Assembly: GCA_965261545.1 (NCBI GenBank)
Contig: CBDHDF010000002.1
Span: 1-64,000 of the forward strand
DNA: 64,000 nucleotides
Direction of reading: 5' to 3'
Origin: Bdellovibrionales bacterium
GTDB taxonomy: Bacteria; Bdellovibrionota; Bdellovibrionia; Bdellovibrionales; UBA1609
Under the pieces are notes generated by a model. It saw only the letters and a program-made list of their open reading frames with translations, did no database searches and had not been told where the DNA came from. Of this stretch, positions 19,531 through 29,381 are shown piece after piece (the first letter of the stretch is position 1; each line of letters starts with the position of its first letter). The translations under genes were made by a program, and so were the position numbers.

Positions 19531-20746
19531 GCAAAAATTCTCCTTTCATGGGAGCGGTAAGGCTCACCACAAGATTGGTTTCTATTGGAATGGTGACATA
19601 GGGAACCAAGTGATTTAGTTCCGATGCCTGACGTTGAGACTCCATATTCGCCACCTTAGAGGCCCCGTGGTAAAAAGCATTTTTTAGGGTGGCTTTTGGA
19701 GTGATGGATACAGAACTAGGACTAGAGCCAGAACCAGAACCAGATTCAGATCTTCCAAGAGCCTCCTTTTGAGTTAAAGTTTCAGTCATGCCCGCAACCA
19801 TGCTGAGTCCTAGAATGGAAGCCATTTGCCCACCTCGGCGACTGTGATATTTTCCAGAAAGGCCCGGTCGATGACTCCTAGGAGCCAGTGCTTCGGCCTG
19901 CAAACCAAACTCATTTCCATTGGGAAGAACACCCTTTGAAAAATGAATAAAAACTTTTTTCCCTTTCCCTGGATAGTGAATGCTGCCTATAAGAATCGTC
20001 TCTTTGGGAAGTTGCCCCCGATCTCGTCCCTTAAACCTTCCGCCCTTGGGAAGCCTCACTCTCACCCACGCACCCTCTTGTCGGGTATCAATGGCACTGA
20101 GTAACTGGCCCTCAAAATAAGTGCCTGTGGGTAGTGCCAATGATTCGTGGTCTTCTTCCCGTACAATGACTTGTGGGGCTTTATACTTAATGGGTGAAGC
20201 CTGGGAAAGAGCCACTCTCTGACTTCTATGCCTTTGACTTCGGTGTCTTTGATTGTCATGCCCTTGACTTTCATGCATTTTACCTCCATGGTTCCCTTGG
20301 AACCCATGGCGTTTATGAGCTTCCTGGATCTCATCGGAATAATTTGCACTCATGTCAGAAATCCCACCCAACAAGGGAGGCTGCTTTTTCCTTTTGTGGG
20401 AGTCTGGTTGCCCTCCTTGGAATCTCCCATGAGTCTCATCCCCTTGAGGGAGAAGCCCTAGGGATTGATTGTCTTGAAGCTGACTTCCTGGCAATTGACT
20501 CTCTGGCAGTTGACTCCCTTGGAAATGGCTTCCTCGGAGTTCTCTCCTAATAAAGCTGCTATCGTGGGAACCCAAAACAGTCATAAAAATAAGAACTGTG
20601 GCGGATGGGGGTATTAAAACAAGAAAAGCCCTATGGAACTTAATGACCTTCTTGCCAGCCTCCTCAACATAGAAAAGCCCCATTGTTTTTCTTAAAAATT
20701 TCTTCAACCTCTTCAAATTTTTTAAAGAAAATGACTTATTGCTCAT
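19523..20746 (-). CDS. TrbI/VirB10-like T4SS core protein
   Basis: TM, disordered linker, LPTGT.FEGQLLSAID and C-terminal PYVTIP. Confidence 0.8.
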   Translation of the reverse strand: MSNKSFSLKNLKRLKKFLRKTMGLFYVEEAGKKVIKFHRAFLVLIPPSATVLIFMTVLGSHDSSFIRRELRGSHFQGSQLPESQLPGSQLQDNQSLGLLPQGDETHGRFQGGQPDSHKRKKQPPLLGGISDMSANYSDEIQEAHKRHGFQGNHGGKMHESQGHDNQRHRSQRHRSQRVALSQASPIKYKAPQVIVREEDHESLALPTGTYFEGQLLSAIDTRQEGAWVRVRLPKGGRFKGRDRGQLPKETILIGSIHYPGKGKKVFIHFSKGVLPNGNEFGLQAEALAPRSHRPGLSGKYHSRRGGQMASILGLSMVAGMTETLTQKEALGRSESGSGSGSSPSSVSITPKATLKNAFYHGASKVANMESQRQASELNHLVPYVTIPIETNLVVSLTAPMKGEFLHE

Positions 20747-21657
20747 AAAAACCTTTTTTTAATAATGATTTTTCTGGTTTCCTTCTGGTATCCCAAGTGG
20801 AGGCTAAACCTCTTTTTTTCCATGATTTTAAATATAATGCGGCAGATTTGAGCTTGACCCACAGGAATTTTATGACTTTCACAAATGGCTTCCAATTGAG
20901 GTAAAACCTTGCTAGCTCTTGTTATCCACAGTTGAATCTCAGAGGTCTTAAGAGTCTTTTCTGAGATATTCCAGAGTTTAATATCTATGAAATAAAGATT
21001 TTCATGGGTTTTTAAACTCTCAATATTAGAAACTATCCCAATGATCTTGTGTCTAATGCCTATTTTTAGCCATTGGTCTGGAGTAGGGCGATGGGGAGAC
21101 GGAGTAAAGCGATGGGAGGGTGAATTAGATCGATGAAAAGATGAAAACTTCTTTCTCTGATGGATATTATTGGTCTTGTTGGTGACTTTCCTCTGACCAT
21201 TTTTTTGACTTCTTCGACTCTTCCTATAACCTGCATTGCTTCGGGAAGACTTCCATCGAACCTTCACCAAGTCGTCGTATTTATTCCCTGAATTTAGCAC
21301 CCTTAAGGTAAACCCATAAGTATGGTATTTCCCATAGACAAAGAGGTTGGTGCTCATGGGTCCTTGGGGTTGTATGGTGACATCATTACCGATAAATTCT
21401 ATTTGGAAATAATTCTGATTTCCAATAACAACCTTCTTTGGGCGTTCATGGAAGCGTAAAATCGTGGATTGCCCCATTTTTAAATAAATGGGTTTCATTT
21501 TTTCATCATTCATCTTAAGGGTTCTGATAGAACCAGCCCTTAGAGATGTTCCAGAAAAAAGAATGCCAGCACACATTATGCTAAGATTTATTGATCTTAG
21601 CATTTTTATCGCCATAGTCGCTCTTATCGTCCTTGCTGCCAACAGTTCTTTTCTCAT
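20743..21657 (-). CDS. TrbG/VirB9 (TraK)-like protein
   Basis: Signal peptide; STILRF.ERPKKVVIG...VTIQP....TNLFV. Confidence 0.7.
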   Translation of the reverse strand: MRKELLAARTIRATMAIKMLRSINLSIMCAGILFSGTSLRAGSIRTLKMNDEKMKPIYLKMGQSTILRFHERPKKVVIGNQNYFQIEFIGNDVTIQPQGPMSTNLFVYGKYHTYGFTLRVLNSGNKYDDLVKVRWKSSRSNAGYRKSRRSQKNGQRKVTNKTNNIHQRKKFSSFHRSNSPSHRFTPSPHRPTPDQWLKIGIRHKIIGIVSNIESLKTHENLYFIDIKLWNISEKTLKTSEIQLWITRASKVLPQLEAICESHKIPVGQAQICRIIFKIMEKKRFSLHLGYQKETRKIIIKKRFL

Positions 21658-22268
21658 TTACTAACCTCATGGGCAGTTTCATGAATAGTAATCCCGTCAA
21701 CATATAAGCCCATGGGATTCCACACGGTGGGGTTGTTCCGAATAATACGGAAGGACAAGCGGGTGGGGGCAATGAGGGGAATATTGTTCACTCTTACAAT
21801 TCTGTCAAAAGAAGCTAAGGCTTGGTTTTTGGTTACAATGGGTTTTATATTAGAGACTGTTTGCTCAATTTTTTTGTTGGATTCTTCTTTACCAAAGTCT
21901 TTTCTTATTTGATCTCTCATCTTTTGAAGAAGCCCCTTTGTCGTGAGGGGAGAAATATTTTGAAGAGCTGAGATGGGGTTGGAGTCACTCCATGTATAGC
22001 GAAGCCTGATATACTCTTCAATGAAACGGGCGATGTCCTTTTCAGAAAGATGAATCTCTTTTTTCTCGGAAGAATAAAATCTCCTCTCCTCTCCCTTTTG
22101 AAGAACCACCACCGGAGGGTTGGTGGACAAGTAGAATGAGAAAACTGTGAGTGAGAAACATAGAAATCCCAATAAAACTCCCATGAGCTTGTAGAGGTAA
22201 AGCACCTTGTTAAGGGCCACCCATTGGTTTGAGGGTTGAATACGATTTTTTGTCATTGTTTTAGTCAT
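21654..22268 (-). CDS. VirB8/TraE-like bitopic protein
   Basis: TM plus PPVVV; C-terminal NPMGLYV motif. Confidence 0.7.
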   Translation of the reverse strand: MTKTMTKNRIQPSNQWVALNKVLYLYKLMGVLLGFLCFSLTVFSFYLSTNPPVVVLQKGEERRFYSSEKKEIHLSEKDIARFIEEYIRLRYTWSDSNPISALQNISPLTTKGLLQKMRDQIRKDFGKEESNKKIEQTVSNIKPIVTKNQALASFDRIVRVNNIPLIAPTRLSFRIIRNNPTVWNPMGLYVDGITIHETAHEVSK

Positions 22269-22277
22269 GGTCTTTTC

Positions 22278-23225
22278 CTATGTGTGTGAGTTTTTGGTTG
22301 TAGTTGTGGTGGAAATTCTGGCTGTCCCAATCGCCCGATTTGTACGAGTCGATCTGGTTGCCCTGGTCGCCTTGGTCAGTTGCCCTATGGGTGAGTCCGT
22401 GGGCGGTGGCGTTTCTGTGGAGGGTCTGCCTAGAGTTCTTGCAAGAGCCCTGCGACCTTTTTGGTTCAGAACTCCTTTCAGGGTTCCACTCAAAGCAACG
22501 GCTGGAGCAAGGGCTAGGGCGGATGCCGTCTTAGAAAGGCCGTCATTGATAAGAGACCTTGTGGTCAGAGGAATAAACAACATGGACAAACCAATGCAAA
22601 GGTTCATCATAATGGTGTATAAGAAATTTTCCATATCTGCCACTTGGGGATTAGTGGCTATTTTTAGAAGTATCACACCGAGGATGGACCACATAATTTT
22701 CCACAAAACCACATGGATGAGCCCCTTATAGAGATTCATTGCTATAAATGCAGTGTTTGCTGAAACATACATGAGTATCATCAAGGGAGAGCAGACATAA
22801 AGAACATGCCAAACAAATTGAACAAGGATATTGGCAATAAAAATGCCTGCGTAAGCCACAACATAGGAGATCACACACAGGATGAACACAATGCTTTCTC
22901 GTAGCTTGAGCCAACTCACTTCCATTTTCTGATAATTGGTTTCTAGGTGAACCAATAGATCCTTTAATTGGCCCATGGCATGTATTTTCTGAGCAATTCC
23001 ATCACCCAAGAAAGCAATTGTATTGAGACATTCTTCAAATGAAATAAGCATAATTATGGAGATCACAACCCTTTTTAGAATTTCATGGACATTGGGGTTT
23101 TGTGATGGAATTTTAAAGAACTCTAAAATAATGGCTAAGAGAGTAAATGGAACCAAGAGAAGCCAATAAAGCTCTCTTATGTTCCCATGGATTTCTTGGC
23201 ACACCTCGGATAAACCTTCAAACAT
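22278..23225 (-). CDS. VirB6/TrbL-like polytopic membrane protein
   Basis: Multiple TMs; position between VirB5- and VirB8-like genes. Confidence 0.7.
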   Translation of the reverse strand: MFEGLSEVCQEIHGNIRELYWLLLVPFTLLAIILEFFKIPSQNPNVHEILKRVVISIIMLISFEECLNTIAFLGDGIAQKIHAMGQLKDLLVHLETNYQKMEVSWLKLRESIVFILCVISYVVAYAGIFIANILVQFVWHVLYVCSPLMILMYVSANTAFIAMNLYKGLIHVVLWKIMWSILGVILLKIATNPQVADMENFLYTIMMNLCIGLSMLFIPLTTRSLINDGLSKTASALALAPAVALSGTLKGVLNQKGRRALARTLGRPSTETPPPTDSPIGQLTKATRATRSTRTNRAIGTARISTTTTTKNSHT

Positions 23226-24028
23226 TATTTAAACCTCCGAAGTGAGAAGTCAGGTTTGAGAGACTTCAAACCACTCTTCATATCTTTGTTAAGTCTATTG
23301 AAAGCAACAACGCTATCTTTTCCGTACTTATTGGTCATGGCGAGATATTCACCTTGGAGTTTGAGAATTTGACCATTGATTTTGAGTATCTGATTAAGTG
23401 TATGCAATATTTTGGCATTGCTTTCAGCCGTCATGCGCATGGCTCCCTTGGGGGAAGCCCCCCGGCTTTGCATGGAAAGAATTTTTGAATTTTGCTCTTG
23501 CCTCTTGGTGTATGGTCCAATAAACCCCACCATCTTAATGCTTTCGGCGACACTTTGGTCATGGAGCATCTGCATGGTGGACTCCATGCTGGGTGGAACT
23601 TCACCATAGACCTTTACAATGGACTTATAGGCTCTATTAAAGTCTTTCAGGCCACTTAAAATTTTGGCATCTTTGATGGGGAGTGAATGAAGCAGACCCA
23701 CGGAATTCTCTAGCCCCTCATTGATCAGTCTTAAATAGTTGTCCTTATTTTTCTCAGTTTCGAGAATCACTCTTAGTTGCTCATATCTTTTCATATTCTC
23801 TGAAAGAATGTTCGCCAAGTAGGGAACCTGTGCCCATCCAGCACCTGCATCGCCTAAGAAAGCATGGGAGCATGGAACTGCAAAGAGATGAATCCCTATG
23901 GAAAGAAGAATGGCTTTTCTAATAAGCTTAATAATGATTTTGCTAATGAGTTTAATAATCTTAATGGCTCTGCTAATAAGTTTAATGACTCTTTTGATGA
24001 GCTTTCGGATGATGGATTTTCGGATCAA
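23225..24028 (-). CDS. VirB5/TrbJ-like secreted helical protein
   Basis: Signal peptide (SHA), helical body, ASPKGAMRMTAE. Confidence 0.65.
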   Translation of the reverse strand: MIRKSIIRKLIKRVIKLISRAIKIIKLISKIIIKLIRKAILLSIGIHLFAVPCSHAFLGDAGAGWAQVPYLANILSENMKRYEQLRVILETEKNKDNYLRLINEGLENSVGLLHSLPIKDAKILSGLKDFNRAYKSIVKVYGEVPPSMESTMQMLHDQSVAESIKMVGFIGPYTKRQEQNSKILSMQSRGASPKGAMRMTAESNAKILHTLNQILKINGQILKLQGEYLAMTNKYGKDSVVAFNRLNKDMKSGLKSLKPDFSLRRFK

Positions 24029-24072
24029 GTCTCTTGTTTGTCGGACAAAATGTCTTATTCCATTGAGTGATT

Positions 24073-26817
24073 CTATGGGGCCTCCTTTTTGCCTTCAAAG
24101 GCAATTTTTTTAAGAATTTCTAACTTTGGTAGTTTGGGATATTTTCTTGCCATGGCTTCAATGGCAGCTTTATCAAAACCATCTGTGGTGCATATCCAGT
24201 AACTCAAAGGATCTGGGGTGAGTCGAATGACAGCCTTATTTTCATCCTGCATAAAAAAGAACTCACTGAAACGCCCCTTTTCAAGGGAGAGGCTTTTGAT
24301 GACTTCCACTTCATCGTTGTTGAAATCCATGACCTCTTGGAAATCTTTCCAGTCTATTTTCTTTTGGCGGAGAATAAAGACACTTGCTGTATTGGGAAAA
24401 ATGGCATTTTTGATTTCTTGGCTAGAGAGAAAATCCTTGTAGTTTTGGCTAATGCACCAAATGCCTCCATTGAACTTCCTAAAGGTACGGTAGGCTTCCA
24501 TGGCAAAGCTGAGGCCACTGGGTGTCTCAAAGAGTTTCCATGCCTCGTCGATAATGAGAAGGTAGGGGGTGGAGAGGTCACGGGCAGCTTCGCTCTTTAT
24601 AAAATCTGTAAAGAGGAGCAAGAAAACGTTTTGTAAATCGGGGTAGGCGTCAAGCCCCTTCGTCTCAATAGTGATAAGGTCTTTAGTGAGCTTCACATTG
24701 CTGGGACCATCCAGCATTTGACCGTAGGCGGTGTTTCCCGTCCAAGAGTAAAGAGTTTGAGCAAAGTTTCTCATCTCTAAAACTTCATGTTTAGAGAGGA
24801 TTTTTCTCAAATCTGATAAAATGGGCACTCGGCCCTTGGTTTGTTCATTGTTGGTTTGTTTATGGATTTGCTCGGCCTGTTCATTGGTTTGTTCATGAGT
24901 TCGCTCATTGTTCGTTTGCTCACTGTTCGCTTGCTCATAGGTTTGAAAGATAGCCTCTTCGAGAAGGGCTTTTTCTCTCTTGGGAAGCCCTCTTTTTTCC
25001 TCATCCTTCAGGATGGACTCCAGCACAGCCAAGATCAGTTTCACCTTTGATGTTGTGGGCGTGGTTTGAGTCGTGGTGGTGGTCTGGTCTTCTGACGAAA
25101 GATCAAACATATTGAGCCTTATCTTTGAGTCTATGTTGAGGTTGATAAACTCACCTCCATGGACTTCAAGAAGCCTTTGGGAAGAAGCCCCGTTGTCCAC
25201 CCAAATGATTTTGGGTCTTGGAGTTTGGGTGCAAAATTGCAACATCATTTGAGAAATGGTAAAGCTCTTACCCACGCCAGAGCCACCAAAGATGAGGGCA
25301 TTCCAGTTGGTAAGCTCTTTGGCAAAGGGGTCCATGGAAAACAAAACTCCATATCTATTTGGAAACAAGCACACGGGTTTGCTGTGCCCCCTCCAATAGG
25401 AATAAAGGGGCATCAAGTGGGCGACATTGGAGCTTTTCATTTTTTTGGGTCTGAGCCCACGAGTGCTTCCGGGAAAAGTCATGGAAAAAGCTTCAAAGCC
25501 TGGCAAAGTCTCCACCACCCCTTCGGATTGATTCATTCGCTTAAAGGCACTCAGCACCTCATCTGCTTTTTCTGTTAGCTCCTCTCTTCCCTTGCCCCAA
25601 ATAATCACATTGAGGTCTGTGGAGACGAGTTTTTCTGAACCCTCAAGAAGCTCTCTCATTAAATCCTCAATCTGATAGAGCTTGGACTCAGATTCTAGGT
25701 CACTGATATTTTGCGGACTTGAGGTCATGGAGTGGGCAAGCCTTCTTTGCACTTTCAACTTCTCAACCTCTGACTTTTGCCTGTGAATTTGGATATTTTG
25801 CAAAAGCCAAAAGTGGAAGGGCAGGCTTGTGAGATGATGGATCATGGCTGCATGGGTTTCCTCTTCGGGAAGAGTCTTCATTGTGATGACTTGGAAAAAG
25901 TAGTTCCCACACTTTATACAATCCTCATAGATGCCTATATCCGTAAAGAGGATTTGGTGGGCAAGGCTTGGGGCAAAAAGGTCGTAAAACTCTGACAAAG
26001 GCTCATGGAGGCCAAATTTTGACGAAGGGGGCTCAGGTTCCCCAAGTTCTAGTGAAGGCTCAAGTTCCCCAAGTCCTGACAAAGGTTCAAATTCCCCAAT
26101 CCCTGACGAAGGCTCAAAGTCTTCAAGTTCCTCAATATCTTCTGGGGACTTAATATCACCAAGATCAGAGAGACCAGAAAAATCACCAAGGTCAGCAAGT
26201 CTGCCGTTTTCCTTCCAATGGGGAGGGCCAACCTTCTCACTGCGAGAGAGATTGAAGTATTCAAACAACAGGCCGGTCCACTGTGAACTCTCAAGTTCTA
26301 CAGGGGCAAGTCCTCCATCCTTGAGTAAAAAGAAAAGTTGCCTGCGGTTTCTTTCAAAGGTTTTCTTGTGTTCATCGTACTCTTGCTTGGAAGACTGCTG
26401 AAATTTCTCTTGAGATTTCCAAAATCCTTGGCGTTTATACTTAAGGGGCTCTCCCCGAAGAAACAAGTAAGTTTCTGGCAAGAAATACTCGCCTTGGTGC
26501 TTGTTCAAGAAATCAATTCTTGCCTGCACTATCTCTTGTTGTGCTTTATTTGAGGTCACCGAGATTTTTTCATGCTCTTTGATGGTTTCAGAGACATGGG
26601 GAGTTAACCTGTAAAAGACCTGGAGAGATAGACCTTCAGGAATGGAAGTCAGAAGGCTCCCCATCCTTCTATTAAAGTTGTTGACGCTCTCGGTGGAAGT
26701 GCAACTTATATCCATGCCATTGAGTTTAAATCCTGCCCCTAGGGAGCCATCGGAAAAAACCATGAGATTTTCATCAAAGTGCCAAATGGGTAGTTTATCT
26801 GCGAGAGCGTGAGTCAT
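24073..26817 (-). CDS. virB4: VirB4/TraC T4SS ATPase with repeat insertions
   Basis: NALIFGGSGVGKS, IIDEAWKL, RTFRKFNG...ISQ. Confidence 0.93.
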   Translation of the reverse strand: MTHALADKLPIWHFDENLMVFSDGSLGAGFKLNGMDISCTSTESVNNFNRRMGSLLTSIPEGLSLQVFYRLTPHVSETIKEHEKISVTSNKAQQEIVQARIDFLNKHQGEYFLPETYLFLRGEPLKYKRQGFWKSQEKFQQSSKQEYDEHKKTFERNRRQLFFLLKDGGLAPVELESSQWTGLLFEYFNLSRSEKVGPPHWKENGRLADLGDFSGLSDLGDIKSPEDIEELEDFEPSSGIGEFEPLSGLGELEPSLELGEPEPPSSKFGLHEPLSEFYDLFAPSLAHQILFTDIGIYEDCIKCGNYFFQVITMKTLPEEETHAAMIHHLTSLPFHFWLLQNIQIHRQKSEVEKLKVQRRLAHSMTSSPQNISDLESESKLYQIEDLMRELLEGSEKLVSTDLNVIIWGKGREELTEKADEVLSAFKRMNQSEGVVETLPGFEAFSMTFPGSTRGLRPKKMKSSNVAHLMPLYSYWRGHSKPVCLFPNRYGVLFSMDPFAKELTNWNALIFGGSGVGKSFTISQMMLQFCTQTPRPKIIWVDNGASSQRLLEVHGGEFINLNIDSKIRLNMFDLSSEDQTTTTTQTTPTTSKVKLILAVLESILKDEEKRGLPKREKALLEEAIFQTYEQANSEQTNNERTHEQTNEQAEQIHKQTNNEQTKGRVPILSDLRKILSKHEVLEMRNFAQTLYSWTGNTAYGQMLDGPSNVKLTKDLITIETKGLDAYPDLQNVFLLLFTDFIKSEAARDLSTPYLLIIDEAWKLFETPSGLSFAMEAYRTFRKFNGGIWCISQNYKDFLSSQEIKNAIFPNTASVFILRQKKIDWKDFQEVMDFNNDEVEVIKSLSLEKGRFSEFFFMQDENKAVIRLTPDPLSYWICTTDGFDKAAIEAMARKYPKLPKLEILKKIAFEGKKEAP

Positions 26818-27125
26818 AGAATCCTCTTTTGTCTTTTGGGTTCAAATTTTCCTACATTGCCAGCACTATAAACCCCTGGAGTCATCTTGTAGGTTAGGAG
26901 GTGAAGGAAGTAGTTCTCAGGCTTATTTCTTTTGACGAAATACAAGACCACAGCCATCATCACGGGTAAAATGAAAACAAGGTAGGTGGCCAAGAAGGTG
27001 GAGCCAAAAAATAGATTCATGGTGGCTGCAAATAGGAGAATAAAAAGAAGATCGTGAGCCTCCATGCCCACAACCTTAAGTTTGGCATCTAGTCTTCGAT
27101 GAATTCTTGAAGTCTCCAAAGCCAT
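26814..27125 (-). CDS. VirB3/TraL-like membrane protein
   Basis: IHRRLD..LKVVG.E..D, two TMs, directly upstream of virB4. Confidence 0.75.
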   Translation of the reverse strand: MALETSRIHRRLDAKLKVVGMEAHDLLFILLFAATMNLFFGSTFLATYLVFILPVMMAVVLYFVKRNKPENYFLHLLTYKMTPGVYSAGNVGKFEPKRQKRIL

Positions 27126-27584
27126 TTAGTACCCCACCGCAGCTTGGAACCAGCTAATAATATGGGGAGCAAGAAAGCCCACAATACTGCATACAATCAC
27201 CATGATGATTCTGCCCTTGGCGGCACCATCTCCTGTAAGGGCGAGAATCACCGCATACACAAGGCCCAAAACACTTATAAGGGGAAGTATCACGGTCATA
27301 AGCTGATTTGTGAGCCCCTTCATACGGCTTTCAAAGCCACTTCCAAGAAGCTGAGACCACGCTGTTTCTGAGTAGTAAAGGGCCAACATCACCAAGAAAA
27401 AAATGGCGACCCACTTCAAAGAAGCCCTTAAGGTTGTGAATTGATTCATTTTGTCCACTTCGTTCGCCACGTTTGCCTTGTTCGTCTCGTTCACCTTGCT
27501 TACTTCGTTCGCCTCGTTTACTTTGCTCATCTCGCCCGCTTTGTTCATATTGCTCATCTCGTTTACCTTACTCATCTTGCTCAC
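27126..27584 (-). CDS. TrbC/VirB2 pilin-like protein with repetitive N-terminal extension
   Basis: Signal plus two hydrophobic helices; first gene of the T4SS block. Confidence 0.75.
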   Translation of the reverse strand: MSKMSKVNEMSNMNKAGEMSKVNEANEVSKVNETNKANVANEVDKMNQFTTLRASLKWVAIFFLVMLALYYSETAWSQLLGSGFESRMKGLTNQLMTVILPLISVLGLVYAVILALTGDGAAKGRIIMVIVCSIVGFLAPHIISWFQAAVGY

Positions 27585-27981
27585 CTTCTGGGCTTCCCAT
27601 GATAAGAGACCTACTATAAGGACCGATATTCATAATCACATCCCCCTGGGTAAGAGCATTTGAGTGGCCTTCACCCACTGACTTGCGTGTCTTAAATTTT
27701 CCATTCTTTTTGATGACCACCTCCACTCGATAGCGAGTTCGATCTCCCGTGGATAAAATGGGCTTGAGGTAGTATTGATTCTCTGGGTGTATATCAATTT
27801 TCAGTCGATATTCCCCAAAGTTATGCTCATGAAAAGCAACTCCTGCTGGGAAGTGACGCTTTTCTTCTTTATCAAACCACCACAATTGAAATACTTTGGA
27901 TTTCTTATCTCCTTGATATTCTTTAATTTTCTGATTTTTTTGATCTTCATGAGATGATTGAAAGTTCTTTGTTTTTTTCAT
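27568..27981 (-). CDS. Hypothetical protein
   Basis: GGAGG RBS; overlaps pilin start. Confidence 0.7.
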   Translation of the reverse strand: MKKTKNFQSSHEDQKNQKIKEYQGDKKSKVFQLWWFDKEEKRHFPAGVAFHEHNFGEYRLKIDIHPENQYYLKPILSTGDRTRYRVEVVIKKNGKFKTRKSVGEGHSNALTQGDVIMNIGPYSRSLIMGSPEGEQDE

Positions 27982-28083
27982 GCTTTATCCTCCAGAATTT
28001 GTTTTCAGAATCATCGATTCTGATTCGGGTTCTTAGTTCTTATAAATCGTTGATATTTTTCCCATTCAACATAAATACATTCC

Positions 28084-28359
28084 CTAATTGTTCAGTTCAT
28101 CCAGCATAGATTCCTTCATTATCTCTAAAGACTCATTAATAAGGTGATCTGTTTGAGACCAATCCAGATGAAGCACCATAGATATTTCTAAAATAGAAAA
28201 GTGATACCAAAATCGAAGTATAATAGAAATTTTATGTTTCTCTGGTAACCTTGCCACATGTTTCCTTACCCACTTTCTTCCATATTCAATAAGTTTCTTT
28301 TCATAAATGAATTGCTTCAAAAATAAATCCTCGCTTTTATAGGTTTGTAAGTCTTCCAT
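28084..28359 (-). CDS. Sigma-70 region 4-like HTH protein
   Basis: LPEKHKISIILRFW...SILEISMVL pattern. Confidence 0.6.
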   Translation of the reverse strand: MEDLQTYKSEDLFLKQFIYEKKLIEYGRKWVRKHVARLPEKHKISIILRFWYHFSILEISMVLHLDWSQTDHLINESLEIMKESMLDELNN

Positions 28360-28362
28360 CCA

Positions 28363-28773
28363 CTAAGAAATGCGACGTAAATCTCCTTTCACGGGGTGTT
28401 GATGTTCATAACCACGACCACCGCCATCACTATGACTATAGACATGCTGCTTATCCTCATGAATTTGGAGTTTTTGAGCCATATTAGCCTCTTTAGTCTT
28501 CTGAGCCTTCTTAAGTCCTTGAGACTGAGATTTGAGATGCTGACTTTTTGGAGGCTGAGACTTCGCATTCTCGTCATTGAGTACATCGTCAACTTCTTTG
28601 AGCATTTTTTCTAAATCAGCACACATGGGGTAGTAGTAGGATTGGCTTCTCAAAGCTTCCTCCTGGCTATCCCTAGGCTGCCAATTGCATGAATAGCAAA
28701 TCGTGTAGGATTCTCTTTCTTCCAAACTTAAGCATTTGCATCTTGGGCATTGATTCAACGTATTCGTCTTCAT
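28363..28773 (-). CDS. Zinc-ribbon protein with low-complexity tail
   Basis: CPRC...CYSC; AAGGA RBS. Confidence 0.65.
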   Translation of the reverse strand: MKTNTLNQCPRCKCLSLEERESYTICYSCNWQPRDSQEEALRSQSYYYPMCADLEKMLKEVDDVLNDENAKSQPPKSQHLKSQSQGLKKAQKTKEANMAQKLQIHEDKQHVYSHSDGGGRGYEHQHPVKGDLRRIS

Positions 28774-29083
28774 ATTCGTATCCTTTCTTGATATTGATCT
28801 TGTAAATGCTCATATCCAGAGGATCGGAGCATGCGTCTTGTTTATTGTCCTTAATCATTTCTGTTATGTAGTTTCTGACTCACCATCCTCTATCAGTTCA
28901 AAGGAAATCACAAAATGGCCAAATTTATACTTTCCCGTTCCTAAAGAGACAAAAATTGTCAGTCGTTACATTTAATTATTTTCTTTAATTTAAATTCTTT
29001 TCTTCAATTTCTTGGGTCGATAGAAATCAAATTCCAAACCTCCAAAATAATTAATTTAAAATTTTACCCCTCACGTTTATAGT

Positions 29084-29130
29084 TGCGAAATCTATGCCAA
29101 CTTTATTTGTGAGATATTTCAATGACTTAG
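29084..29130 (-). promoter_or_regulatory. sigma54 -24/-12 promoter with adjacent IHF-like site facing the transfer operon
   Basis: TTGGCATAGATTTCGCA (GG-N10-GC) at 29100-29084; TTTCAATGACTTA at 29117-29129. Confidence 0.65.
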
Positions 29131-29381
29131 AGAGAGATAGAGTCGAATGACGAAAAAGAAAAAACTTTTTTAAGTACGAAATAAAGTACATAAAAAAAGA
29201 ATTCATATTTATTTAATATCTTATAAATATATAGTAATGATTGATCAGATTATTTTTTAAGAAATTTATCTTGAAATAAATCATCTTTTATTGTATAATA
29301 ATTTGTACATCATTTGAAAAATACTCCCCAAAGGATTGAAATCAAGTTACGAAAGACATGAAAGAATAACTGGAGAGACAA

